Assembly: GCA_013239625.1 (NCBI GenBank) | Contig: MU053934.1 | Span: 9,259,352-9,323,351 of the forward strand | DNA length: 64,000 nucleotides | Direction of reading: 5' to 3' | Source: Lama guanicoe | Lineage: Eukaryota | Shown here: piece after piece, positions 23,966 through 37,157 of the stretch | Layout: the number at the start of each line of letters is the position of its first letter | Position numbering within the stretch: position 1 is the stretch's first letter | The notes under the pieces: model-generated | Seen by the model: only the letters and a program-made list of their open reading frames with translations | Databases searched by the model: none | Told to the model about the DNA's origin: nothing | Translations under genes and position numbers: made by a program

Positions 23966-26900
23966 AACTTTGTAATTTTTAGCTGCTTGGATCTGGGGGG
24001 TTGTTACTGCAGCGTGAACTAGCCTACCCTAACTTGATAAGAGCGTCCACGTGGATGGAAGGGATTGGAGACGAGCCAGTCCTGGGGAGGGAACCAGGGA
24101 AGCTGGCTCCAGGTATCTGGAATGGGAGGATGTGGAGGCCTGATCGGGGGTGTGGTGATAAGGCTGGAAATAGGAGGACAGATCTGAGAGGCAAGAATCT
24201 GAGAGAGACAGGAATGCTCAGGGCTGTTTTCCCTTTGGTGGGCCGGTTGTGCTTGACTGTTGGTGTCGTTTGGGGAAAGAAGTTAGCTTTGCATTGTTGC
24301 CTTAACCATTTCAAGGACTATTTTTGGTATTTATATCAGTGATTTTGAGCAGAGATTAAAATACCAGGAGGCGGTAAACTCCCTGTGTCTCCCCTAGCCC
24401 CCACCCCCTACCCCAGCTCCTGGCACCTGCCGTGCCTGGCCGAGCGCTGTCCGTTTTTAGGGATGAACAAATGAGTATTCTTAAATATGATTTTTTTTTT
24501 ACAGTTAAACTTCTCCAAGCTATTTAATGCTACATTTGCTTCTCTTCCATTTTCCTCTGACCTTTATAGGGAGATCAGGAGCAAAAACGATAATAAAATA
24601 GTAATACAGTGCAGCAGGTGTAAACTCCTTTAAAAAGGCGAGAATTGAACGTGAGGTCGCATTAGAGCACAGTTTGTGCTAGAAAGTATCCATCTTCCTG
24701 TTTTTGAAACTCCTGAACCCCGGGACTAGAACATGTTATACAGGCCTTTGCGCTTTGCTTTTTTACCATACACCTACCTCTTCCCTGCTTGCGCCTAGTC
24801 AGTATTAGTAATCACATTAAAAATCTGTTTTAAGCTACACCCCAGGGAATAACGAAAGTTGGTTGCTTGTCTAAATGGTCTTCAATTAAAGTTGAAAAAA
24901 ATCAGGCCGTTGTGATGCAGATATTTTAAAAATGTTGGCTTAAACAGAAGAGGCTGATTTAAGTGCAGTCAGGTTGGAGCTGTTTGTGCTTAAAGGGATT
25001 AAAGTATGATCTGGCTTTTTTAAAAAACCACATCTGTCTGGGATGTTGTAGGTGTGGTCCTAACTTTAAGCAGGTGAATGGGCCACATAAGCCTTTAAGA
25101 GTCTTCTGACTCCCAGGGTTTCCTGATTTTCAAAATATTTCCTATTTAAACGTATGCTTTCACTTCACTTTATGGTTTCAGTGAGCTGAACAACAAAAAA
25201 TAATCACAAAAGATGACATCATACTCTTCAAAATTACAGAAAAAGTGAAATGCTTGAAATTAAAGGTGAAAAAATAAACTAGTTCTCATGCTCGCTCTTG
25301 TCATGGCATTTCTTTTTCTTTGCCACCCTTGTCTGCTCTGCATTTCTTTCTTCAGGGCCAGGCCCCTCAGCTTCCTTCCTCTGTATGTGCGCTGCCTGAC
25401 AGAGGGCCTGGCCCCGGAGGTGCTCAGATAATCGCCAACACCTGCCCTTTCTGCAGGGGCGGGACTGCTGTTTCTTACTTGTCTCTTCGTAATGATGGAT
25501 GACAGATACAGTGGGTTGTTTTGGTCAAAAGTAAATGTATGCAGTAGAATCCTTTTGACTGTTATATTTTCTTTGCTTCATGTTGCTAACTACACACGCA
25601 CAGACGCAGACATGCAGACCCTTTGAATGTGACGTCCTTGAACGTGTCTCTGCACTGAACTTGCTCTTCAGCTGAAACGCTGTTCTCTCCCTGGTTGGCT
25701 GATCGCAGTCTGCTGCGGGGCCTGCTAGGCTTCCTGGACGACGCCCAGACTTGGCCCGGTCAGGGCGCTTCCTTCTGATTTCTCTCAAGCTGGCTCACGA
25801 AAGGCTGGGCCAGAGTATTTTAAGGATGGAGTGAGTGCAGGGAGTCCTGGAGCAGGAGCTGAAGGGCCTCAGGGAGCCCGCAAGCCCGGGGAGCAGCACT
25901 GCGCCACCGTCCGTCAGAGGCCACCCAGCCTCGCGGGCTCCTCTCTCTTCAGACGTCCTTCTGTTTTGCTTGTGGCGTCGGGGGGCTGCCCACCTGACCC
26001 CTCTGCATCCTGACCTCACTGCTCAGGACTGCTACTGACAGAGCCCGTCCCTCTGGGTTTTGGTTCCACATCCTAGGTGAGAAGGAGTGTGTGTCTTCTC
26101 TTGGGTCTGTCTCCATCCTTGCTGTAGGTCCCCCGCTTCTCAGTGTGGACCCTGGACCGAGCAGAGAGGCACCCCCCTCCCCAGGGCTTTGTCTGAAACT
26201 CACAACCCCGGGCTCCTCCACACCCTGCCTGAATCACAGTCCCTGGGCGATTTGAACACACAGTGAAGTTGAGGCGCCCGGCCGGGCCATGGCTGCTCCT
26301 GCACGGACAGCCGCGCCGCACTGCTTCCCGAGGGAGGAGGCCGGGATGAGGGTGCTAGTCCGGAACAAACCTCGCAGGTGACCTTGCCTGTGGCCGTCCC
26401 TCCCTCTCTTTCCCACGCCGGCAGCTCTCTTGGGGGACAGTGGACCCTGGGCAGAGTATCTTGGGGTCACGGGGGTATGGGTGTGAGAAGGCTGTGGGAG
26501 AGAAATCCAAGCTGGAGCGTGCTCGGCACGGAGGGGCACCAGGGGGCGGGCCCGCTGTGTCTTGGGGAGAGCAGGAGGCAACTGGCTGGAAGAAGAGATT
26601 TTGGTTTTGGAGGCTCCCCAGAGATACGGCTGTGGATGAAGGTTTGGTCAGGATTACGGAAGGCCTTTGACGAGCGAGCTGGGCATCTGGACTTCATCGC
26701 TTTGGCCGCTTTGCTCGAACACAGGGCCGTCCTGCAGCCTTCGCGTTCTAGGCCTTTGTGTTTTCTTTTCTCTCTGCCCGACTCCCAGAGGGCGGCCGGG
26801 CTCACCCCCTCGTTGCCTTGAGGGTTTTGTTCATCTTACCAGAGGCCTTTCCTGCCTCTCCTCCCTTTAAATGTCTCCCTCCCCCCCCGCCCCCCCACCT

Positions 26901-29134
26901 CTGCCACTCGCTCCCCTGCTGTCGCACGTGCCATCTGTCATACTGTGTATTTACATGATGTGTTTGGGCTTTTGTCTGCTCCCCACCCCCACTGGCAGTC
27001 CTAGAACGTGGGTACCATGAGGGCAGGCGCAGCCCACGCGTCCCCCCGTCACTGTCCCAGTGCCCAGCTCAGCACCACGCACAGCGTGGCTGTCCCCGCG
27101 GACTCACTCCCCGGGCAGGGATTTGTAGGGGCCTCGGGTAGCGTGAGAGGTCAGCTGCGTTGGGTCCTTCACCACCTTTTCCTACCCCGTGTCTCCCAGG
27201 CTCCCCTTGCTTCTTTCCTCGGGCTCTGGAGTCTTACCGGAGAAAATTCGATACCTGATTAATGGGTTCTGCTCCAAAATTTTGCCAGCCAGGTCCCCTG
27301 GGCCTTGCCAGCAGCTGTGTCCTCGGCATTAACCTGCTGCGCTGGCCTGACAGCTTTCCCTCGGATCCCACAGCTGACCCGGGCCACGTTCACCTTCTAC
27401 AGAGCATCTGCGTCAGGGTCTGAGCTGAGCCCCAGCACCTGCCTTCTCTGGGTCTAAGCTCTGCGCTGAGCCGCCGCCCTGTCTCCTTGCAGTGGGAGGG
27501 GTCCCTTCAGGCCCGAGCCTCCCTCTCACTCGGCCTCCTCTCCCTGCCAGCTGGTCCTCCCAGAGGCAGGGCATTTGTGGGGACTTGGTGCGAGGGTTTC
27601 TGTCAGCAGGACTTCTTTCGTACGAAATGTTTGCAACAACCGTCCCCTCTTGTACCTTTGACGTTGAGTCTGAACTCAGAAGACACCTACGCACGTCCGG
27701 CTCGCCCCGGTCTGCTTGTCCTGGCAGTCTGGCCTCGCAGCCTGGCTCCCCGTGGCCCTCCTTGGTCTGTCACCAGGGGCACTTCTGCTGACTTCCCCCC
27801 CCATCACCCGCTGTGGTAAATTTAAGTGAAGATAGGGTCTTCTCTTTTTCGGAGTCAGCCCCTTGCGTGCTTTGGTGAAGAGGGACTAAACAAGCTTTTA
27901 AGCAACCAAGGAATTTATTCAAAACTGTTAAAATGAGACTCTCTGGATGGAACAAATAACAAAATTCCCAAACCACACATATGTTTAGTGAGCTGTGTAC
28001 TCACTTGAAGTTCACAGACACTTCTGCTGCTCACACATGCTGTCGAGTCCTCAGCGTCAAACTACTATAACGTCAACCCCATATGCTGGCGCAGCAGCGC
28101 CCGCAGAAATTCTTACCCGTTTTCAACTTCATGGGATTTTGATTGTGAACAGCCTGACGTCCTTAGAATATGCTGTTCATTTATCAATCCGTTAATTGTC
28201 AACAACCATTGTTTCCAGTAATCCTCTTCTTTACAATATAAATGATCTTAGGATCATTTTTAAATTTCGTGCATGATAAAATTCCCTCTCAGGGTTATTG
28301 AAGAGCTGTGCCGACAGGAAAGCAACGCAGAGGAAAGTGCGCCTGCCTGGGGGAGCGTTCCGGGGATCAGAGGAGACTCCAGCTTGCTCCCAGAATGCAC
28401 TTCTCCGCAGAGCGGTGGCAAAAGGAAATACCTGACTTGGTGCAGGGATGATGAAAAGCAGAAGGTTGCAGCAGGCCGTCCGAGTGACGGATAGAGATGC
28501 GGCGAGCAGGACGGCAGGCCTGAGAGCTGGGGAGGCCTGGCAGGCTTTTCAGTGAAGCCAGACGTTGTCAGCAGCCACGGAGAGAGGGTAATTCACCTGT
28601 GCATGAGCTTGTCTTCGAGGATTTGGGGGGCACTTAACTCCTCTACACCCAGTTTCTCGCTGCACGAAGGTGCTCTGGAAGCTGGGACGGATGGCTGAAT
28701 GTTGCTGTTTCTGCGCCCTGTGTCCACTTGCGCCTCAGCACTGCCCAAATTTCCCGCTCTGGGTTATGTAAATCTTCCATGCAAATCGTCTAGAATTCCC
28801 TTAAGTTATGAATCACCCCTGAAACACACGTTATTTCCTAGCCAATCGCAAATCTTAATCTTGCTGTTCAAAAATATGGTTGTTCTTAAAAAGGCACAGC
28901 TCAAAGGGCAGCGTTCTTAGTGAAAATTGTCCCTGCGTATGACGTGCCGAGCAAGAGGACTCGGCTTCATGAGGGTGGGATTTCTCCCCCTATTAATCAA
29001 AATTTAATATGTTTGCAGTAATAGTCTCGGGTTTTTTTATTTTTTGAGCTAGAGAAGTTTATTGTAAGGTTTATTTAGATGAATAAATGAGCAGTAATAA
29101 CCCCAAAAAAGTCCCTGAAAAAGAAAATGATTGA

Positions 29135-30130
29135 TTACCCCAGATAGTAAGACATAAAGCGTCCACAACTAAAAACAGTATGTTGTAGGTACACGGAGAA
29201 ACAGGCTAAGGGAACAGAATGCAAACATCCAGAAACAGATACAAGTGTTTTGGGAAATTTAGTGTAAGACAAGGGTGGCATCTCAGGTCGCTGGAGAAGG
29301 ACCGTTTTGTAACTGGTGTAGGGACACCTGGATACCCGTCATCTTTTGAAAAAATGGAATCCATCTGTTGTACCACACATCGGTTTGGATGAATTCCACA
29401 TGTCGGAAATACAAATGCAAAAACACCTGGAACCTACACGCGTTAGGAGAAAACATGAATGAGTTCTTTTACGTTACAGACTTATACCACATTCTGAAAG
29501 CAGTAACAGAAAAGCTTGATAAATTTAAATATACTTTTTAAAAAAGCCTTTGCCCAGCACAAAACAAATAAGTAAAAGTAAAATGATAAATGACAAAATG
29601 AGGGAACATATTTGCCACTTAAATCACAAACAGAAAGCTAATATCCATAATACACACTTTCTCAAATTAAGAAAAAGACCAGTAGCCCTACCAAAAAAAA
29701 AGTATAAAAGATATGAATAATTTACAGAACAGTAAATGCAAAGGGCCCTCAAACTAATGAAGAGGACTCAATTTCGCTCATCAAAAGACAAATGCACACT
29801 GAACTATACACTGAGGTGCTGTTTCTCACCTATTCGACAGTAAGCATGATTGACAAGACTCTGGGGTTGTAGACATTCTCATCTGTTGTGGTGGAAATAT
29901 AAAGTGGAACAAGAATTCGATAGTTTCCAGCAAAATTAGTATGCATTTACTCTTTGACTCGGCAGTCTTGCTTTCAGGACACTTTCCCGTAGACCAGCTT
30001 AACGTGATTAATTGCATCATTATTTACAATTCAAAGAAGTTAGGAACGACGCAGTGTCCCTCAGCAGGGAGTTGTGGGACGCTGGGTTGTATACAGTAAG
30101 GGAAGCTGACCTGAATGAAAACCTGTGAGA
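29135..30130 (+). mobile_element. Old L1 ORF2 3' part (L1M/L1ME-type), degenerate
   Basis: ggaacagaatgcaaacatccagaaacagatac, gaaaagcttgataaatttaaatatac, aaatgcacactgaactatacactgaggtgctgtttctcacctatt. Confidence 0.75.
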
Positions 30131-30334
30131 GTGCCAGGGAGTTTACAAAATAGGGAAACTTTTTTGATGGGAACACAGGGTACAGCTATGTTGGTTGAAT
30201 AAAAAGTAAACTTTGCCATAAGTATATTGCCAGTCTATAAATACATCTCTAAATAAGGATACCCAGATGCAGTTTCACAGAGCAGGCTGTGTCCCAGATG
30301 GTAAGACTCACAGCCGATGGGGTGGGTCTCAGCG

Positions 30335-30510
30335 TTTCTGTGCTAATAATGCAGAGCCTACTGTGCGTCAGGTCTTGTGCTTTGGGCTTGTCTTTCCCGG
30401 GAGAGGTACGACCCCTGTTTTACAGACGAAGAAGAACCAAAGTCATGGAAGTAATTTGACCAAATCAGTGACAGCAGAGTCTGCGTGAAACCTATATCTG
30501 TTTGAATTCC
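30335..30510 (-). mobile_element. MIR SINE
   Basis: cccctgttttacagacgaagaagaaccaaagtcatggaagtaatttgaccaaatc. Confidence 0.6.
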
Positions 30511-30517
30511 ATCCTGA

Positions 30518-30877
30518 GCAGAGTTGTTAAAAAAAAAAATGTAGATTGCAACCCATTAGTGGAATATGAAACCAGTTTAATTGGTTACAGCCAGAATTTT
30601 TTAAAAATGAAGCAGGGTAAGATGGAACAGAAAATGTTTCATGTATCACATAAGGTTTTAGCAAGAACTGCACATATTGCAATAAATATTGTAGCCAGTT
30701 GGGACAAATGCTGCGAGAAAGATGGGGGAGGGTAGGTGATAAATGCACACGCTGACCCAGCGTGCCCACACATGTGGGTTTCTGTAGGAGGCTGTGTATG
30801 TATATGTGTATTAGGCTCAATATAAAATGTGTTTCTTACTGCTGTCTTTAAGTTCCAAAGAATTTAAGTAACATTGC
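30518..30877. mobile_element. hAT-Charlie relic (Charlie4-like)
   Basis: gcaacccattagtggaatatgaaaccagtttaattgg and aatataaaatgtgtttcttactg resemble the two ends of Charlie4-type elements (recall). Confidence 0.45.
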
Positions 30878-31779
30878 AGGGGCTCTCTTGTTAAGCTGGT
30901 GGGTAGCCAGGCTGGGTTCTAGAGTGTCCTTCAATGGGGCAGGTACAAGGGTTCTCTGCAGAGCACGTGTCCAGCCCAGCCTGGGAGCGACCCCCTGTGA
31001 AGGGCTGGTGGCCATGGGAGCCCAAGAGGGCGTTGCTACCAGGCCCACTGCAGGATCAGAGAAGGCATCTCAAGGAGAGGGAAGCTAAGGGCCAGGACCC
31101 AGCATCCTCACCCTCTCCATCCCTGCCCTGCCCGTTAGCCAGTGTTTCCTCCGATCGCATGACCTGGGAAGGCCCCCCTGCTTCCCTCACCGTTCCTGCG
31201 TGGCCTTCCTGAAACCGTTCGCTTGGAAAAAGAAGACCACCTTCCTGTACGGAAGAACTTCAGCCACTCGGGAAGATGCTCGGCCAGCTGTTCGGGCTCC
31301 TCGGGGCTACCTCTTCCCCATTCCTTCCTTGGCAGAGTGTGACCACCTTCAAGGGACCACAGCATCTTGGGCCCTCTCCTCTTCAGGCCCGTCAGAGAAG
31401 CATCCCTGAAAGGCCCCATGGGCTGTTCCAGCCACTCTGGCGGCCCTTGTGACGGACTTCTGAGTCCAGGGGGCCACAGACATTTCCATCTTCTCTAGAG
31501 CCTCCCCCGGGGCTGCCTCCTTTTCCCCTCTCTTCCTTCACACCAGTGCTGGAGAGGGTCTAGACACAGAGCTGTGCTGCGTGGTCTGCCTCTTTCTGCA
31601 CGACTGACCCAAGGGTCCTTCCCACAGTGAGGTCAGCACAGAGGCTCTGCCAGAGGGAGCACGCCCACCAGGGAGGCGTCCAGGAGGCCCAGCGGTGACT
31701 TGTCCCTCTGACAGCCCTGGCCGAGTAGGGGGCCTTCTTCCTTCCTCTCCTCAGAGGGCTGTTTCTTTCTTCTGAGCCT

Positions 31780-34110
31780 CTTTTTTTTTTTTGCTTTTTT
31801 ACAGTTCTTTGAATTTTTAAAATATGTAGATTCATATAAAACATGTAGCTTCATGTAACCACTGCTACCACAATCAAGATACAGAGCAATTCCGTCACCC
31901 CAAGTATCTCTCTCGTGCTGTCTCTGTGTAATTACACCCTTTCCTCACCCATAACCCCGGGCAACCAGTGATCTCTTTTCTACCACTATGGTTTTGTCTT
32001 TCTGAAGGTTTCATATAAATGGAATCTCATAATTTGTAACATTTTAGGACTGACTTCCCACCCTCATCATAGTGTCTTTGAGAGTTGTCAGCCGAGGGAG
32101 GCTGACATGGGGTTCTAGGAGGTGAGTGGCCCAAATGAAAAAATGCACAAGGAGTTGCCATACTGCCGGACAGACTTCAGCCGGAGACACCACGGCGTTA
32201 ACAACACCTTATTACCACAGGGAGGGAGGTGCGCGCCTATGGTGCACCTGTCCTGCTTTTATCTGTTCTCTGCCAGCACATGCGCAATCTGCGTTTCCTT
32301 GTTCATTAGGCTTACAGAATATCTCTGGCACGTGCGTACTTCTATTTTCTTTGTCCCAAATCTTATGTAATTGACGCATGCGTACAGCAGTTATTTACTG
32401 CATACTACAAACATGCTCTGATTGTGGCCTTGGGTCCCACGGCCTTAACTCATCTCAAGGCCAGCTCACAAGAGTCATCAAGTTAACAAAAGTTAATTCC
32501 TGTTCACGACTGAGTAGTGTCTCATGGTATGGATAGACCACCGTTTGTTTATCCATTTACCCTCCGAAGAACATTTCTGTGGTTTCCAGCTTTTTAGCTT
32601 TCACAAATAAAGGTGCTATGAACATTTGTATTTAGGTCTGTTTTCATTTAGTGGGACTGCTAGGTTTGTCTGACAGTATATGTTTTATTTTATAGGATGC
32701 CAGACCATATTTGCCAGAGTAGTTGTTCCATTTTGCATTTCCACCAGCAATATATTGGAATTCCAGTTGCTCCACATCCTTGTTCGCACTTGGTGTTGTC
32801 CGTGTTTCTGTTTTGGCCGCGCTGCTCGGCGTGTGGTGGTGTGCCGCTGTGCTTCAGTGTGTATTTCCCTAATGCCTAATTTCTGACATTGGGCGCTGCT
32901 TCGTGTGCTCAGTTCGTCACTTATCTCTTCTTTGATCAACTGTCTGTGCAGTCCTTGCCTGTTTTAAATTGAGTTGTTGAGTTTGCAGATCCTAGATACA
33001 ATTTCTTTGTCAGATATGTGATCCACAATGTTTTCCCTCCGTCTGTAGTTTGTTTTCTCATTTTCTTGGCAGGGCTTTTGGCAGAGCAAGAGTTTTATAA
33101 TTTTGATGAAGTTCGGTTTATCAGATTTTTCTTTTATAGATTGTGCCTTTAGTGTCATTCTAAGAACTCTGTGCCTAATTCAGGATCACAAAAATTTTCT
33201 CGTGTGCTTTTTCCTGTAAGTTCTATAGTTCGTGTTTTACATTTAGATCTATGTTTCATTTGAGTCAGTCTTGTGTCAGATGTAAAGCTGAGGTTAAGTT
33301 TTTTTTTTCTTTTCTTTTCTTTCTTTCTTTTTTTTTTTTTGCATGGGGACAACCAGTTATTCCAGCACCATTTGTTTCAAACACTACCCTCCGTCTATCG
33401 AATCGCTTTGTCAGAAGTCCGGCGGCCCTGCTTGTCTGGGTCTTTCCCTGGGCGTTTGCTTCTATTCCAGTGGCCTTTGTAAAAGTCTTTCTCTTCACCA
33501 ATACCACGTTGTCTTGATCACTGCAGGTTTATATCAAGCCTTAAAATTGTGTAGTGTGATTCCTCCAACTTTGTTTTAGCCCAAATAATTCCCCCTTCTT
33601 TGCCTTTCCACGTAAGTTTCAGGGCGGCTTGTCTGTGGCCGGACAGAGGTGCGGTGCGACTGTAACGAGAGGCGCGTCAGACCTGCACCTCGCTTTGGAG
33701 GGCTGGCGCCTTCACCACCCCGAGCCTTGCAGCCCACGGCAGCACGTGTGCTTCTCCTCGTTTAGGTAGTTTTTGTTTCTCTCGTTCGTGCTTCGTAGCT
33801 TTCAGTGCACAGAACCTGTTAGGTGCTTTGTTAGATTTATAGCTAAATGTTCCACTTTCTGAAGGGTGCTATTCTAAATGGTATTTTTAAAACAATTCAG
33901 TGCCTAGTTACTCATTGCCTGTATGTGGAAACACAGTTGGTTTTTGTGTGCTGACCTTGTCTTCTGTAGCCTTGCTAATATGCTTGCTTATTCGAGGGGC
34001 TTTAAAAAATAGAGTTCCTGAGATTTCGTGCGTAGATAAGCATGTCCTCTTTGGCTAAGATGAGGCTGTGTTTCCTGCTTTCCAACCTGGACGCCTTTTA
34101 CTGCTGTTCC
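31780..34110 (-). mobile_element. Old L1 (L1MC1/L1MB-like) 3' UTR and ORF2 end, interrupted by an LTR
   Basis: Poly-T tail at ~31781, then caccccaag, ggcaaccagtgatctcttttc and atataaatggaatc; resumes after 32475 with actgagtagtgtctcatggtatggatagaccac and continues as antisense ORF2. Confidence 0.85.
32086..32470 (-). mobile_element. Endogenous retrovirus solo LTR, 385 bp
   Basis: Begins TGTCAGC and ends GCTCACA (imperfect terminal inverted repeat, TG...CA); 5-bp TSD AGAGT at 32081-32085 and 32471-32475; cleanly interrupts the L1. On the - strand a TATA-like GATAAAAG precedes a polyA-like AATAAG. Confidence 0.85.
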
Positions 34111-36914
34111 TTGTCTTACCGCGCTGCCGCGCCTTCCCCGATCACGCAATGGTCTCTCTCTCCCGTCTTCTCTGGGGGTGCCCAGTGGGAAGGGAGATCA
34201 CTTTTTACTGAATGGAGAATTATTAAAACTGGAGATTAAAAAAATAATTACAAGAAAAGCAAAACCAAAAGAAAAAGAAAATGGCCAAAATTTTTTACAA
34301 AATACATGACCCAGCTATTGGAAGAACAAGAGAAAAATAGGCTTTGTTTATACACAGGCACACGTGTGTGTAAAGATTCCCTCTTCTGGAATTAGCTTGG
34401 GAGAGTTCTTACGCCAGACCTTTAGTAGAACTGATTTATAGAGAAATGCAAAACCGTGCAGCAGAGCACCTTCTGGTCTTCTGGACAGAAGGGGCCAGCA
34501 TTCTGGGGTGTGCAGGTGCCCCCTGCCGCTCTGTGACGGGGCTCCTGTCGGGTGCGGGCCTGGCCCGAGGTGTCGCCCTGGAAGCATTTTGAGTCACCAC
34601 CTCCTGTTGACGTCTGCCGGTCTGTCACCGCACCTCTGTCACTGCTTCTCGTGGCCGTTTGTCTGGTGGAGGGAGGGCAGACACTGTGCCATCTCTTCCA
34701 GTGTGTGTCAGTTTTCCAGTGAAGATGGTCTGGAGGCAGCACAGGAGCGGGCTGCCCAGGGGAGAGCTCTCAGGTCTCCCAGCCCCTGCTTGTGGAAACC
34801 AAAGCTGCCTTGGAGGAAGAGAAGACACCTGCTTTGTTGAAAGAGGCCAGTACTGTCAGCTTCCAGGTGTCCTCCTGGCATGCCGGCCTCTCCCAGGCCC
34901 GACCGGGTGTGACAGCAAAGAAGCCAGCTCCGGAGAACCATCCAAGTCAAGTTCCTGAAAAGGCAAAAGGAGCCTCACGTGGTGTTGTCTCCTGCTTGTT
35001 TGCCTTCTGTGCTTTTTGTACTTAAAATTGCTGGTATCCAGGAGCACCAGCTGACGATGTGGATCTTAGGCCCCACCATTTCTGCAGGTTCTGACTGTGG
35101 GCTGGGGCCACCTCGGAGAAGCACTGCCCCTCGGTCCTTACCATCCTCAGAAAAAGGGGTGGCGTGGGGTGTGCAGTGGGAGAAAAGAGCTCTGGGATCT
35201 GCGCCACCAGGGGCCTCTCCATGCTCAGCTGGCAGCACCGGTTCTAAGATGGGGCTCTGTGTCCACGTCCCTGCGCGCACGCTCTGGACCTCACCAGAGG
35301 GACTGTTAGCCTCGGTGCTCCCTCTGTAGGTGGCCTAGTTGAGATTTTATGAGAAATTAAGACCAAAGTTAGAAAATAAAAACACTGTGAGGGTTTATAG
35401 AAGGGTGTGCACTTGCTGGAAGTTTATATTTAGCCCAAAAGTCGTTCTTTTTAATCTGTTCAAACATTTACTTATTTGCCTTTTGAGTCGTTCAGAAATA
35501 ATTATTCTATAGTGTTTCTGTTTTATTAGAATACAGTTAACACTGGGAAATACGGCTAGAACGAGGTGACCACCGGGTGGCTTGGGCGGTTTCAGTCAGT
35601 GTAACAGCGCCTGTCCTCCTGTGTGACTGTTCATGACGCAGACACAGCCTGGAGTATCCCTGATGGAAGTTCTGTCACACAGAGCGCCTGAGAAGTCCTC
35701 ATGCTTCGGGATTGTGTCTCGTTAGTGCCTTCTGTGGTGAACTTGGATCTTCAGCTTACTTAGCATAGAAATGCCCACAGTAGGTACTTAGGCGATGTCA
35801 CTCAGCCCCTTACGACAAGCCTGGGAGGTGAGATTCGTGTCTTTCTGTGGTTGGTTAGAAACCTGGAGTTCGGGAGACTGAGCGGTGCTGCCGTGGGCGC
35901 TGACGTCTGGCCCTCCTGCAGCTCCATCCCGGTCTCACGCCAGTCTGCCGAGGACAGCCGGCGCAGAGAGCCCAGGGCTGCGGGCCATCGCCCTCGAGCG
36001 CGTCCCATGGTCTTTCTGAACTTCAGTTTCCATGTCCCTGAAACCAGCATGGTAACAGACTGTAGCCCTGCGGTTAACAGAGGTGATAGTCTGCGAAAAT
36101 AAGCACCACAGTGTAAAGGCTGCAAGCGATTGTTTCCATTTTTTCTATCTAAAACTTAAGAAACATGGACCGTATTTTACTACGACTTAAATTTGTTTCT
36201 CAGTAGTAACTAAATTTTTACAGCATTTTACATTTTCTGTAGCGCTTTCATATGCCCATCATCGAAGAAGGTTTGCAGAACAGTCGTTGGTGCTTCAAAC
36301 ACTCAAGAGTCACGGTGTGTGTGAGAAGAAATCAGTGGTTGGTGAAATATTAGAGGGGCTCCGAGTACCTCGGTGCCCAGTGTCGGCCCCTCCAGATAAA
36401 CGCCTGCTGAGAATTGTAGAACGAGCCTTCCTGTTTCTAGAGAAGCAAAAATGGTTTCCGGCTAGTTGCGCAATCTGCCCTGCTGTTTGCCTTGGGACCT
36501 GTAACTCGCCCCTGTGCGTTGTGCATTTCTCAAGGTGAGCGTCAGAGCGGACAGCCCCTGCCGTTCTGCTGGAGGAGCTGAGTGTCCCCGGGGTTGGGCT
36601 GCATCGCAGCCCTTCTGTTCTTAAGGCCAAAGAGGAAAGGACAGGTGCCCTTTTTCTCAGAATTGCACCAGCAGGTGGGAGCGGTGGGTTTTTGAAAGGG
36701 CTCTGCAGGACGAGGATTGTACTTTGCAGGTATGTGCGTTTCATCTGAGCAGCCTTCTTTTTTTTTTCCTTTACGCTTTTTCCTTTCAGAAAAGTTCACG
36801 TACCGTAGCCATGCAGAGGTTTTCATACAATCTGCAGAAGTCCATGAATTCCCTAAGACCTGTTTTTGGACCTCAGTGTTAGAGCTCTGCTTTAAGGGAA
36901 TGAAACTGTGATAC

Positions 36915-37157
36915 GGAAGAAAAGTTTGGACCTGAAGCCCAGGCCAGTCCGGGTTCTAAGCCCTGTACGTACTCAGGTGCTTGGTAGCCGTGTGCTTTAG
37001 GGCCAGAAGATTGAGCCCGTTTTCTCAGTAGAGATAGTGGAGAAAAAGAATAACGTGCATTGTATTTTGCGAAGTTGCAAGAAGCATTGAAGACACTATG
37101 TGGAGAGTACGTCGTGATGCTTGGTACTTGACAGTCACCCAAAAATACCAGCTACTG
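36915..37157 (+). mobile_element. MIR SINE, near full length, degenerate
   Basis: ccgggttctaagccctg...gagcccgttttctcagtagagatagtggag...tgcttggtacttgacagtcacccaaaaataccagctact. Confidence 0.65.
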
